Positions 1-12,312 of a stretch of DNA of 64,000 nucleotides are shown piece by piece (position 1 is the stretch's first letter; every line of letters starts with the position of its first letter). Where the stretch lies: NCBI GenBank assembly GCA_964016885.1, contig OZ024742.1:329220001-329284000 (forward strand), given 5' to 3'. This stretch comes from Eledone cirrhosa (lineage: Eukaryota). Position numbers and translations under genes: made by a program. The notes beneath the pieces were generated by a model. It was not told the DNA's origin and made no database searches. It was given only the letters and a program-made list of their open reading frames with translations.

Positions 1-80
1 CTCGATATGCAAATTGGGCTACTCAGCCGTTAATATGCATAAGGTAAGTATATACGTTCAACAATCTGTCAGGAAGGTAT

Positions 81-123
81 ACGTTGCTGACGATAGCTAA
101 CAAGCTTGAAACTAGTACAGCGT
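81..123 (+). ncRNA. Minimal type I hammerhead ribozyme motif (Penelope pLTR/retrozyme type)
   Basis: ACGTTG-CTGACGA-T-AGC(TAACAA)GCT-T-GAAA-CTAG-TA-CAGCGT. Intact CUGANGA/GAAA/UH core, 6-bp stem I (ACGTTG/CAGCGT, one G.U), 3-bp stem II, palindromic stem III ACTAGT. Confidence 0.8.
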
Positions 124-241
124 TCCTTTGTCAGTGTTGAACAAACGAGCAACGGTGGTTGCTAGACACTACGGCTTAATACGGGATGTTTGTTTACAAA
201 CACACCGAGCATTATAATAAATGTTCGGTGAATCCATACGT

Positions 242-562
<321 letters not shown>

Positions 563-1259
563 TTTGGGATTGTGTAAACTTCCACCGGTTTTGACGATGA
601 GTGATCCAGATGTTCGATTAACTGAGAAGCTTGGTTATGAACTAGCCTACAAATGCCAGATAATCCCGCACACGTGTAAACTAAAAGGAATTCTCAAGGT
701 GATTCAGCATGATACATTGTACGACAAGTTTTGCCATTTGAAGTACGGTAAAATCCAATCTTTCCTGCTAAGTGAAATGGACCAACCTGAAAGAAAAAGA
801 AAATGTCATGTTTGAGGACTCCGCGCCACTGCGAAATGGAACTTACGACTTTAAGATGGTGGGTTAAGCACCCTAGCCACAAACTATAAGCTTTCACACA
901 CAGATTCATCCCATCCCTATACATATATATATATATATATATATATGAATGTATGTCAATATACCGTATGTTTAATTAAAAACATTTAGAAGACGAAACG
1001 CTATCAGTTTTAAAGTAGTGACTATGTCACTTAATTCTTTTCAGCGCAGGAAGGGAGAGAAACTGACAGTCTGTTTCACGCTGGTTGGTGTTCATTAGTC
1101 ACGTACACCCCTGCGTTCGGCGAAAATTATAGAAGCTGGGTTCTTATAGAATTCCATTAATAATTAGCAGCTGATTATACAGAGCGATTGCAATCCAGCA
1201 GAAATTAGGTATTAGGATTGGTTCTCTGAAATAGAGATTCATACATGAATGTATGTATA

Positions 1260-1316
<57 letters not shown>

Positions 1317-1426
1317 AAGATATATTTAAAATTGTTGGGTTACAACTAGTAAATATTTATAACTGATATAAAAGCACTCGACAAATACTTGGAGTATATT
1401 TACAATATTAAATAAATGGAAAACTA

Positions 1427-1533
1427 TATTTATAAAACCATATTTATTTCATTATATATATTTCGGGGATATCATATTAACAATATGCTATGCCTTCATC
1501 AGACAAAATACAATATAAACAGTTTTATAGATA
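1427..1533 (-). ncRNA. Hammerhead-like motif, family D copy 1
   Basis: Minus strand: TTTTGT-CTGATGA-AGGCATAGCATATT(GTT)AATATGATATCCCC-GAAA-TATA-TA-TAATG. Flanking helix 1427-1438/1522-1533. Homologous to 58314-58420. Confidence 0.65.
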
Positions 1534-1626
1534 AATATATTCGACATACCGTAATAAACATCAACTTCATTTGAAGAGGTTTACTCTAGCAGTATTTAAT
1601 ATTGTATATATATATATATATATATA

Positions 1627-1788
1627 CCGTATTCCCCGGCACCGAAGACGCCTCGTCCTTGAGGACGCACCTTAATTTTGAAAAGAACTTTAAAAAAATA
1701 ATAAACAACATTCAGCCTCCAGGACGCATAGTGGATGTTTTAGACTTAATTTAGGAATAAAGTACGTCTTCGACGCGGCGAAATACAG
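1627..1788. mobile_element. MITE, Tc1/mariner (Tc2/Tigger-like) non-autonomous element
   Basis: Imperfect TIRs CCGTATTCCCCGGCACCGAAGACG / CGTCTTCGACGCGGCGAAATACAG, with TA on both sides. Confidence 0.7.
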
Positions 1789-2181
1789 TATATATATACA
1801 AATACGGGCGGGCAAGCCTGTGCTAATAAGGAATTTACTTTGCAACCACGTGGATGGATACGGGTACAGTCACATTTCTCTTATGTTATGAATTAAATAT
1901 ATCTCTCTACTTCTTATCATACAGTCACCTCCCTCATTTTGTATTTGTTTTGTATGTAGTTATCGCCTACATCGCCGCTATCCCTACACTTTTGAATCAT
2001 TGTAATTTCTTACTCTGCTTCTAAACTCTTATTTATTGTTATTACCACGGCTTATTTGCAGTTAACAGCTTCTATCTCTAATTTGTTTCTCACTCTCTAT
2101 TTATAACTATTATTCTAGTCTAACACTTACGTTTTCCTGTTAGCCTATTGCTTCGTTTATCTTAAAACTAAATTAAGTTTA

Positions 2182-2659
2182 CTAGCAGAAAAACCACCCT
2201 TCATGTGGTGTTCTGCTAGCATATGTAATGTGTATATTGATATTAAAAGCAGGTATATATATACATGTAGTTATGATACATCAAATAAAATCGTAATTGA
2301 CAATATATAATACATAGAAATTGAACGAAGACTGCGTTTCACTGTCTTATTTAATCAGTAACGTAATCCATGATTCATTAAAAAAGACGATATTATATAT
2401 AAACTTCATTAGGAGAAAATTAGTATGTTTATTTAAGCGATAGCCAACCGGAAGTGTTGACATTTGAGAAATGTTAAAGAAGTGAATCTTTAAATAAACA
2501 AAATATATTCAATCAACAGATAAATTATGTAATATTCATTCATTATTTATTCGAAGTAATCCAACTTATTTTACTAATGGGATAACAAATTATAAACCAT
2601 ACGCAGTCCTTACTTTATTATAGTTTAGATTATATTATACACAGACACAAATCTAGAGA
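2182..2659 (-). mobile_element. Non-autonomous Helitron-like element, copy 1
   Basis: Minus strand ends in a hairpin then CTAG|T and begins at a candidate A|TC. About 450 bp homologous to 3270-3810. Confidence 0.5.
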
Positions 2660-3045
2660 TATTTGAACAGGGAATGGTCAATTATATAGAGAGGAACTTG
2701 ATTAGTAAATAGTATAGCGCCCGCCGAGATATGAAGGACACTAATAATTCCACAGAAGAAAACGTCACAAGATTATACGCAGTCCAACGATTTTACTTGC
2801 GTGTACCTTTAATATCATTTTAACAGTTGATGCTGACTTCCTGTTATCTACTCATGATGATAAAAAAAAATCTACGTCCGGTTTCTCCCCCTCCTCATTT
2901 TTTCCCTCTCATTTACTATCTTTTATGCTTTCAGTTAATTGCAACGGCCGATCTCCAATTTGATTTACATAGTCAGAGCTCATATTCGTAAAATATTCAT
3001 GCCCATAGTTGTGTCGTTATAGAGTAATGTAATATCATTATTATT

Positions 3046-3267
3046 GGATTGGCAGTATTGGTAGCGAGTCGGACGCCATGCTTTGCAACATAGAGTTAGG
3101 GCCCTTTATGATCTGAGTTCAAATTCAGCCGAGGTTAACTTTGCCTTTCATCCTTACAGCGTCGATAAAATAAAGTACCAGTCACGCACTGGTGTCGATT
3201 TAATCGACTTCCTCCTCCCTAAAAATTGCTGGCCTTGTTTGTGACTATATAAGAAACCATTATTATT
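3046..3267 (+). mobile_element. tRNA-type SINE, family 1
   Basis: A-box-like TGGCAGTATTGG, B-box-like GAGTTCAAATTC, conserved core GAGGTTAACTTTGCCTTTCATCCTTAC..GTCGATAAAATAAAGTACCAG, (ATT) tail. Many copies in the window. Confidence 0.8.
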
Positions 3268-3269
3268 TA

Positions 3270-3810
3270 CTAGCAGAAAAACCACCCTTCGGATGGTTTT
3301 CTGCAAGTATGTGTAGTGCGCATATTGATATTATACGGAAATATATATGCATGTAGATATGATACGTCAAATAAAATCGTAATTGCGAATATGCGCAGAA
3401 ATCGAAGAGAGACTGTGTTACACTCTCTTCTATAATCAGTAAAGTAATCCTTGATACATTTAAAAAAGACGATATTATACATGATCTGCATTACGGCGAA
3501 ATGTTATGAAAATGAAAGAGGAGAAAATTAGCGACGGAAATATAAACGTTACGATGAAAATATATGAACGTTTATATAAGCGATGTGATATAGCGTACGG
3601 CTATATGTTATGACATAACTGACGCTAACCGGAATGAAGAGAATCTTAAAATAACCATTACATAATATACTTATGTTTAATCAAGAGGTACGAAATTTAG
3701 TTGATAAATTACATAATATTCATTAATGATTTATTCCAAGTAATTCAACTTATTTCAATAACGTGTTCGGAAGTAAATATCCTTGACGCAGTCCCGCAGT
3801 CCTCCAATCA
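3270..3810 (-). mobile_element. Non-autonomous Helitron-like element, copy 2
   Basis: Same terminus as copy 1 (plus-strand A|CTAGCAGAAAAACCACCCTTC), with subterminal hairpin AAAACCACCC-TTC-GGATGGTTTT. Confidence 0.5.
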
Positions 3811-3820
3811 TTATATATTA

Positions 3821-4105
3821 GGGCGGTGGATTGGCAGTATCTGTCGGACGCCATACTTTGCAGCACAGTTACGTCCCTTTACGGACTGAGTTCAAATCCC
3901 GCCAAGGTTAACTTTGCCTTTCAGCCTTACCGGGTCGATAAAATAAAGTACCAGTAATACACTTGGATAATTGCTGGCCTTGTGCCAAAAGTAGAAACAA
4001 TTATATATTAGATAGTTGCAAGGACGTTGGTTTGGCATTATCGGTAGAGCGTCGGACACCCTGTGTCGCGGCATAGATTTACGGCCCTTTTGGTCTGAGT
4101 TATGA
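3821..4105 (+). mobile_element. SINE family 1, one full copy plus a 5' fragment
   Basis: GGATTGGCAGTATC...GAGTTCAAATCCC...GTCGATAAAATAAAGTACCAG...GGCCTTGTGCCAAAAGTAGAAAC; a second head at ~4021-4105. Confidence 0.8.
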
Positions 4106-4591
4106 CTCGTTAGTACGGGAACATACAGGTGCATAGAGATAAAAAATCTCTGCATATCACTTTTAGCTATATACTTTGTCTACGAAGATTTTGAAGCCGC
4201 CTCGTATTTTCAATTGATTAAAAAATGTAATTTAGGACCAGCATATTGTGTATGGTGGTTTGTATTTTACCATGAAATTTGCATGTAGTGACTTTACTTA
4301 AAATTTGTTTTCCACAATGCTGTTTATACACAGACTTTACTAAAGGCAGAGGCGTCACTCTAATTCATTAAAATATTTTACCCGGCTTCTGAAGAAAATT
4401 CCATTTGAAATGTTTCTTATTGTGAATAAACAGTTAAAATAGCAACTACATAGTTTCACATATGTATATTTTGTTCTATAGATAAACATGGTCACTCAAT
4501 CTTTATAGAAATAACTGAAATGTAAATGAGATATCTATCTATCTAGGTAGCTATTTATCTATCTTTCTTTCTTTATCATCTCCCTTACACT

Positions 4592-4624
<33 letters not shown>

Positions 4625-5040
4625 GTATATATATGTGTGTGCGTGTGTATGTGTGTTTGTGTGTGTGTGTTTGCATGTGTGTGTGCATCTGTCTGTAAAT
4701 TTACACAGGAGAAACTCCAGATTAATAATACTCAAGCACATCCTCAATAAAGAAAACATTAATTGCTACTATGGTGTTCAGTACACATTCAAGTTATCGT
4801 CAATACTTAGGTTCAGGGAATTTGTTTTCCGTCTGAAGAGGTACAGAACACATTTTCTCTATTATATCTTGTGCTAGACGACTATATTTCCCACCTGCGT
4901 TCAACCGACCACATTTAAATTGTTCCCAATTCTTTCGTCAACCGCTTTTTTTTTATATAATTGTCCTTGTGTCTGTCTTTATATCTATATTGATATAGAT
5001 ATATATAGACATTGAGATATAGTCACAAACACACACACAC

Positions 5041-5077
<37 letters not shown>

Positions 5078-5151
5078 CACACATCACACACACAAACACA
5101 CACACGCACACACATACATATATGTAGTTCCATAACAGTTAGTTCACTATA

Positions 5152-5192
5152 CAGAGAACACGTGTTTCACCTTTAGCAGATCTTAAGCTCGG
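5152..5192 (-). ncRNA. Degenerate hammerhead, family G copy 1
   Basis: Minus: CCGAG-CTTAAGA-TCT(GCTAA)AGGT-GAAA-CACGTG-TT-CTCTG. One core change (G5>U), palindromic stem III ACACGTGT. Homolog at 47660-47716. Confidence 0.55.
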
Positions 5193-5597
5193 TCTGAATA
5201 TATATATATATATCTCCACCACTAACAACAGTGACTTACTACTTCATACCACACCGGGTCACAGCGCAGAACGAAAACCTATTGATAACATGAATCCCCA
5301 GTTCGGTCTTCAAACAACAAAAACTTGCATACTTGCGCAAGTAGGATTGTTGACTTTAGATTCGTATAAACCTATTGGAGAAACGAAGATCTGCCTCTGA
5401 GAAGGTCCAGGTTTACTTGTTATTAACGTGTTGGCTTTCTCGTTGTTTCGGTGTCGTGGCTGGGTCTGCCTGCCATAGCTTTCAATTTGACATGCCGTCT
5501 AACGAATGTTATTAATCTGAGACTCCTCATGGAGTGCTTGGCAGCACATTCCTCGTTGCTTCTCGCTGGCTTGGCTGCAACTGGAGCTTCGATTTTA

Positions 5598-6191
5598 CCA
5601 AACTTTAAAATAGAATCTACACACAGAAAAGACGCAATGTTTAGACAAATCACAGAGGCAATAAACATAAAAGAATTACAACCAAAATTAAATAGAAAAT
5701 ATGAGTGGAACAGCAATATCACAACTTACAATTAAGGACAAAATGAAAACACACACACACATAGAACAAACAACCAACCAGTAACATGTAAATAAACAAA
5801 TAAATAAATGAACATAAACACACACATACACCCGGATGTGGCGCATGCGCAGACTGAGCACACAACACACACACATAAACAAAATGGCGTAGGACAGAAC
5901 AAAGGAGAGGCACAAAAACAAAGAAAAAAATCCCCAGTCACTGAAGAGGTCACAGAATGTGTGACGAAAGACCTTTGACAATATATAAACAACTATCTGG
6001 TTGTGGAACCAACCAACCAACCATACATTTATAGATTTATTCCTAAATTTATAAATTTATTATAATAAATTGAAGTGAAAGCAACTGGTGCGTGTGTTTC
6101 TTATTGGCAACATGACCATTCCAAAGTATAACAATATCGGTTTCAACACACGATTTCAGATAAAGAATCTTGCTAAACAAATTCGGAAACG

Positions 6192-6193
<2 letters not shown>
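5598..6193 (+). mobile_element. Penelope-like element 3' end: GIY-YIG C-terminus plus pLTR
   Basis: Frame reads FKIESTHRKDAMFRQITEAINIKELQPKLNRKYEW (R..EA..I...P.LN motif of PLE GIY-YIG). A hammerhead-bearing non-coding tail follows and ends in (TA)n. Confidence 0.75.
5937..5979 (+). ncRNA. Minimal type I hammerhead, family A copy 1
   Basis: GTCA-CTGAAGA-G-GTCACA(GAATG)TGTGAC-GAAA-GACC-TT-TGAC. Intact core, stem I GTCA/TGAC, 6-bp stem II. Confidence 0.8.
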
Positions 6194-6231
<38 letters not shown>

Positions 6232-6236
<5 letters not shown>

Positions 6237-6430
6237 AACCACAAACCACAAACCTCCATCTCAATTCTACTTTTGAAAAGCATAAGAACTACGAAACCGG
6301 TAAAGGAACGAAATAAATATTCTTAAAAAGACTCCAGTTGCATTTTCGATTTCATCTTTTTTTTCCATTTTCACTCGTGTAGGACATCTCGGCTTTTCTT
6401 TATTTTGAAAAAGCTCTCATTTTCTAAATA
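6232..6430 (+). mobile_element. (TA)n-flanked mini-element with degenerate hammerhead, family F copy 1
   Basis: CTT-TTGAAAA-GCATAAGAACTAC-GAAA-CCGG-TA-AAGG at 6270-6306. Homologous to 31005-31140. Confidence 0.55.
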
Positions 6431-6431
6431 A

Positions 6432-6472
<41 letters not shown>

Positions 6473-6683
6473 TGCTCACCGACATCCAGAGTTGACACTG
6501 CACTCAGTGCTCCTGTGGGAGCCACTGCATATACACACTGGAAGAGGAAGACCCAGTTTAACAAATGTTGATGCCCTAAGGATAGACCCTAGTCTGTTGG
6601 TGACGCAGGACATGACTGCGATAATGAGGGACAGAGACTGCTGGAAAGAACTCGTCCCTGGACCTCGGGAATTTTACCCGCCC
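6473..6683 (+). mobile_element. RTE-clade LINE 3' fragment inserted in (TA)n
   Basis: Translation VLLWEP..GRGRPSLTNVDALRID...MRDRDCWKELV is the typical RTE C-terminal motif. Confidence 0.75.
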
Positions 6684-7249
6684 TATATATATATATATTA
6701 TTGGTTGATTTACGAATAGTTCAATTTGAAAACGTACTCGTCCAATGCGAATATATACAAGAAAATTCTCACCTCTTTATAACGTTTGGAAGGCGAACAA
6801 AAAGCGAAGAGATCTGCTTGACAGGAACCGAACTACTCATTTGTCGTATACCGTCCACCCTGTTTAACCCTTACACAAAAGGCCCGGCTAATGTCTTCTT
6901 AGAATAGGCGTCTTTAATGTCTTCTTAGAATAGCCCTCACTAATGCCTTTTAGAATATTAAACTAATTGATAAATGTATAAACCAGATTGATGTATTAAT
7001 GTATCATTGGAAAATTTGAAATTTGTAAATATATTCGCCATAACCCATTTCGTACTTTTGGTTAAGAGCATATTGCAATAATTTTAATAACTATCAATAC
7101 AATTTGAATAACAATTGAATAAATCGGATAATGTCAAATTTGCGGTGGTAATTGTTTAGTGTGTTCCGATGGCATTCACAGTCGCAATGTGGACAGAATT
7201 GATATGTTGCTCGTGGTCATAAAGAGAGTGAACCTGAAAGTTGGCTAAA

Positions 7250-8180
7250 AACGGTAAGAAATGATCCTGTTCATGATAATGTTGCGAATAAGGATGTAGA
7301 TGTTTTTAATGAAGAAGAGAAAGATGTTTATTGTTATGATGTGGTTAATGATGATATTGATGGAAATGGTGATGATATTATTGATAATAATGCCAATGAT
7401 GGTTTTGATAAGGATGATGAGGGTAAGGATATTTTTGGTAATAATTACAGTGATGATGTTGATGATGTTGATGGTAAGATTGTTGCTGATAACAATGATG
7501 ATGATACGGATGATGAATATTATATTGCTGATGATGAAAATATTTATGAAGATAGTCGACGTCATAATAGGAAAGAGGGTAGTTTTCATGATAACCAACA
7601 ACATAATATATATATCGATTTTGATGAAGTGGACGATGATTATGGTGATGTTTACAATGATTAAAAGTGTTATTCATGTCAAAGATAACAGTCCTGATAG
7701 CGAAACTACTAGTAAATATAATGATAATAGTATTTGTAGTATTATGGTGGAAGAGGGTAGATGTTGATGTGTTAGATGTAATGATAGAGCTGGTGATATT
7801 GGTGGCAGCTGAGGAAGATTGTAGTGGTGGTGGTGCTAGCGGTTGCAGTGGCGGCAGTCGTAGTGGTTATGGCTGTAGGGGTTATGGTGACAGAATTGTT
7901 GATGGTTGTAGATGTATTGGTAGTAATTGTGGGGTTATTGATGATGGTTAGTAGTGATGATAGCGGCACAAGGGGTATCCGTGGGGATTTACGTGATATT
8001 GGCACTAGTTGGGGTGGAAGTGTTAGTTGCTGTACTGATAGTGTAGATGCCTTATTGATGTTTGTTGTGATAGTTCTGGTACGTGTGTAAATTGTTGTTT
8101 TTCCTGCAACTGTAGCTGCAGCAATTATTGTTGGGGTTGTGGCGGTGGTGATGCAATTGTTGTAATAACAGGATTTGTGG
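7250..8180. repeat. Degenerate (GAT/GGT/TGT)n low-complexity region
   Basis: Cryptic trinucleotide repeats giving D/N-, M/I- and V-rich pseudo-ORFs in several frames. Confidence 0.8.
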
Positions 8181-8765
8181 TGCTGGTTAATTTTTTTCTC
8201 AGCACGTAAAAACATAAACACAGTTTGTTAATGTTATAATCATTTTAACGAAACCGTAAGCAATGTCAACCACAAATTAACGACCAAGTCCTGACTCATT
8301 ACAATACTCATTCTTCTAATTTCCGTCTGACTTGATTACGAAAGACAACACATGAATAAATAAAGAAAGAAATAATTTAAATAAAAAAAACAAACGATAA
8401 ACTGTAATAGCAAATAAAAACGAACAGATAAAAACATTGTATAACAAAAAATAGAACAAACACCAGTAGGATGTATTTCTTGCGCGTGTAGAGTACGTGA
8501 TAGTTAAGGATAGGAAAGACAAGGAAATTGGATTTGTTATCGAACGACGATTCAATCTTGATCAACCTTCATTCATATTTATTTTATATTATTTATTTTA
8601 ACTTGTATTTTTTTTCATTCGTTTATATTCGATTTTTTTTATATTTATGATTTTCTTCAGACTAAGCAAATATTAAATGTTGCATTCTAAACATAACGAA
8701 CAGATCATCTCAGCAGAAATTGATATGCAGTATTTATCAAAGAGATCGCATAAAAACACACACGG

Positions 8766-8796
<31 letters not shown>

Positions 8797-9084
8797 TATA
8801 CGCACACACACACATACACACGCAAACACAATCCCAATTATATACATATGTATGTTTACAATGACATTTTCTTCAATTCGGCGGGAATTCCCCCTGTTGT
8901 TTTTATTTTCCTTAGTCATTCGACAGAGAGGATGAAGGTTAACTTGCCCAATGGGAGACACGAATCACTATACACTAGTCCCAGTAGTTAGGAAAGGACG
9001 TGAGCAAACAATGCCATGAATATTGCTGGATATAGAGAGATATAAAGACACTCAAGAAGGGAAGGGAAGCGAGAATAATGTAAT

Positions 9085-9404
9085 GTGTACATGCATATAT
9101 ATATACACACACGCACACACACACACATATATATGCAGATATATGTATATATATATATATTATATATATATATATATATTATATATATATATATATAAAT
9201 ATATATTATATATTATATATTATATATATTATATATATATATTATATATCTATATATGTTTGTGTGTATGTGTATATGAGTGTGTGTGTCTTATGCGTAT
9301 GCATACACATAAGACACACACACTCACACACACACATACACAAACATGTATAATATATATATAAATATTATATATATATATCTAAATATATATATATATA
9401 TATA

Positions 9405-9440
<36 letters not shown>

Positions 9441-9475
9441 TTGTTTGTGTTTTTGTGTGTGTATGTGTGTGTGCA
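9085..9475. repeat. Compound TA/CA/TG microsatellite
   Basis: Visible runs. Confidence 0.95.
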
Positions 9476-10142
9476 TAAATTCATGTATTTATATATTGAC
9501 AAATAAATGTGTCTGTAATTTCGGCTTCTTTTTGTTCTCTCTTGCTCCCTATATAATCAGCCACACTAACTCACGACATAAACACATACATATAATGCAT
9601 AAACACACCTATACAGACACATATACACACATAAACACACCCACATAACGTAAGAAATCACAGGCACAGGCACACACGCCACACATACACACACACACTC
9701 TTACATACATACACACGCGTGCAAAGAAGGAGAGAGAGAGAGAGTGGGGAGGTAAGCACCCAATGTTTCTTGCTGTCGTACATACGATCCATTACAACAC
9801 TAATAGCCTTTAGTCACGAACTTGCAAACTTTTATTACAAAAAGTAAACAACGTCTGGATAGAAAATGATAATTGTTTCTCAGTCTAGCCTAGCTTTATT
9901 CTAAACAATCTCTTCTATCGGCATGCAAAGCAAACACCGTGGTTGTCTGACGTGGCCACCAGAGGTCGCTGGCACATAAGCTTCTTCTCTCAGCTAGACG
10001 TGATCTCATAATGCTTCGTTGCGAGTATATCCCTTCCCATTGCCTTTCATTTTATTTATTGCTTTCTTTCTAACATTCTTTTTCATCTCCTTTTATCTCT
10101 TTTCTTTTCACCTCCCTTTCTCTTTTTCTAACTTTGTTTGGT

Positions 10143-10424
<282 letters not shown>

Positions 10425-12194
10425 ATATATAAAGTCAATTCATCTAAAAATAAAAATAGCACCAGCACACTATAAACACGACGATCATAAAGATGCTGCT
10501 GAGGATGATGATGGCGGTATTGTTTCTCACTATGCTAGCGTTTTTTTTTTATAATTGTTAAATAAAAATGTAAAAAATACAAGATATGTTTATCAGTAGC
10601 AAGTACAACACGCAAGCAGTCATAATAGCAATAAGTGTTTCTAATTTAGGCACAAACCCTTCATTTTTGGCTTAAGACGATTATATAGACTCTAGTAATT
10701 TACTGTTTTTTTTATCGTCCCTGGAAGGATAAAAGGCAAAGTTTACTTCGGTGGTATGCGAACTCGGATTACAAATAACCGGAAGAATAACTGCCAAGCA
10801 TTTTGTCCGAGTAGCATAACAATCCGGGTAATACAAAATCCTGTTAATAAAAATAACGATTTCTATATGAGCCGCACCGATCGGAAAAAAAAATAAATAA
10901 AATAAAACGTTATCGACAGCACAGGGAGACACAATGGCGACTTTCCATGTAAAAATTGTTTAACAAAGATAACAAACGTAAACATTCGAACTAAAGAAAA
11001 TTCACAATCGAAGGAACCTTGCGGGTGTCACTAGAGAAGTCCCACCGAAAAGCCACGGTCACGCTGACTGCTAGAGCAAGTGTCCTTCCCACTTGTCCTC
11101 CCCCAATATACGAGTGCATACTTAGAGTCGGACCTTGGCTCAGGCCATGCTCACCTCTTTTATCAACTTTCACCAAACTGGTGGGAAAGAATTTCGCCCC
11201 CCTCCACCCAGATTTTCCTCTTCACGTGAAAACTGAAAAAGGCGATCAAGGCTTTGCCGAAGTGGAAAGGGAATGTCTTCAACTTTTTCATACATACCAC
11301 TCACACGACCTCTAACATGTATATAAAAACTGTCTGCTCTTTCCGGTAAAAGGAAAGCGGAGGGGAATTTTACAATTACTAATAGCCAGATCCATCCTCT
11401 ACGTGACAGTAGGTTTTCGAAATAAACTTGTCAGCAATACTCGGAAACTCAATGTGTACATGGAGGACTGTTTCTTCGCCCTACACATATTACAGACATG
11501 CTCGGCTGACGCCACTACTCTACTTGGAAGGTTCGCCTCGAACTGGAAATCCTCCCCAGTAGCAGTGCCAGGACGATATTTCTGGAAGTTATCCACAGGC
11601 CCTGGATTGAAAGTCCTCAGGAAATGTGTACCTGATTGATTTTCCTCAAAGCCCGGTGTTTTACAAAGAACGTTATCACATTTACCCGCCACTAACACTC
11701 TGTAGAACGTCAAAATGGAATTTCCACCGTCCTCTGCGTAGTCCTCTACGTAGTGGACGTTGACAGCAAATGGACATCCTGACCATAGACGCGCGTCCAT
11801 TCCAGAAACGGCAAAATAACAAATGGGTCATTGCTGTCAGCCGTGAACTATAACAATTGACAATGGTCAGGCGATTGTAGATGAAGGATGCGATGTCCAG
11901 GTTCGCCACCTTTGCCAGACCTTTCAGGGATAGATTTCTTTAGTCCAATTACTGCATGCGAGCTGCCACGCTGCTCGTAAATACGTTTTAATTTTTGTCC
12001 TTTCAGAAATCTGTACCAAACCAAGAATCCGAGTGATTCCAAGATTCAATGTATAATTTCTTATCGTAATCAGTTATTCACATCCATAGACTGGTTGAAA
12101 TTTATTTACCATATCTTTGCTAAGTGCAAAAAATCAATATATCTTGTGAGGTGTTTCTAAAGAAGAGGACAACATGTCCATGGTATCATAACAT

Positions 12195-12312
12195 AATTGT
12201 TTCTACTTTTAGGCACAATGCCAGCAATTACCCAGTGCATTACTGGTACTTTATTTTATCGACCCCGTAATGATGAAAATGCAAACTCAACCTCGGCGGG
12301 ACTTTGAACTCA
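12195..12312 (-). mobile_element. SINE family 1 (3' part)
   Basis: CTGGTACTTTATTTTATCGACCCCGTAATGATGAAA...CCTCGGCGGGACTTTGAACTC is the reverse complement of the SINE core. A more decayed copy lies at ~10636-10815. Confidence 0.75.

Noticed and set aside
7245-8221. Asp-rich or hydrophobic ORFs resembling biomineral or membrane proteins
   Set aside because: Degenerate GAT-type repeats open in multiple frames on both strands, with no splice or domain support.
9760-10000. Enhancer-like cluster of TAAT/ATTA/GTAAACA words (also 1140-1230, 8230-8345)
   Set aside because: Short motifs are common in AT-rich DNA; needs cross-species conservation.
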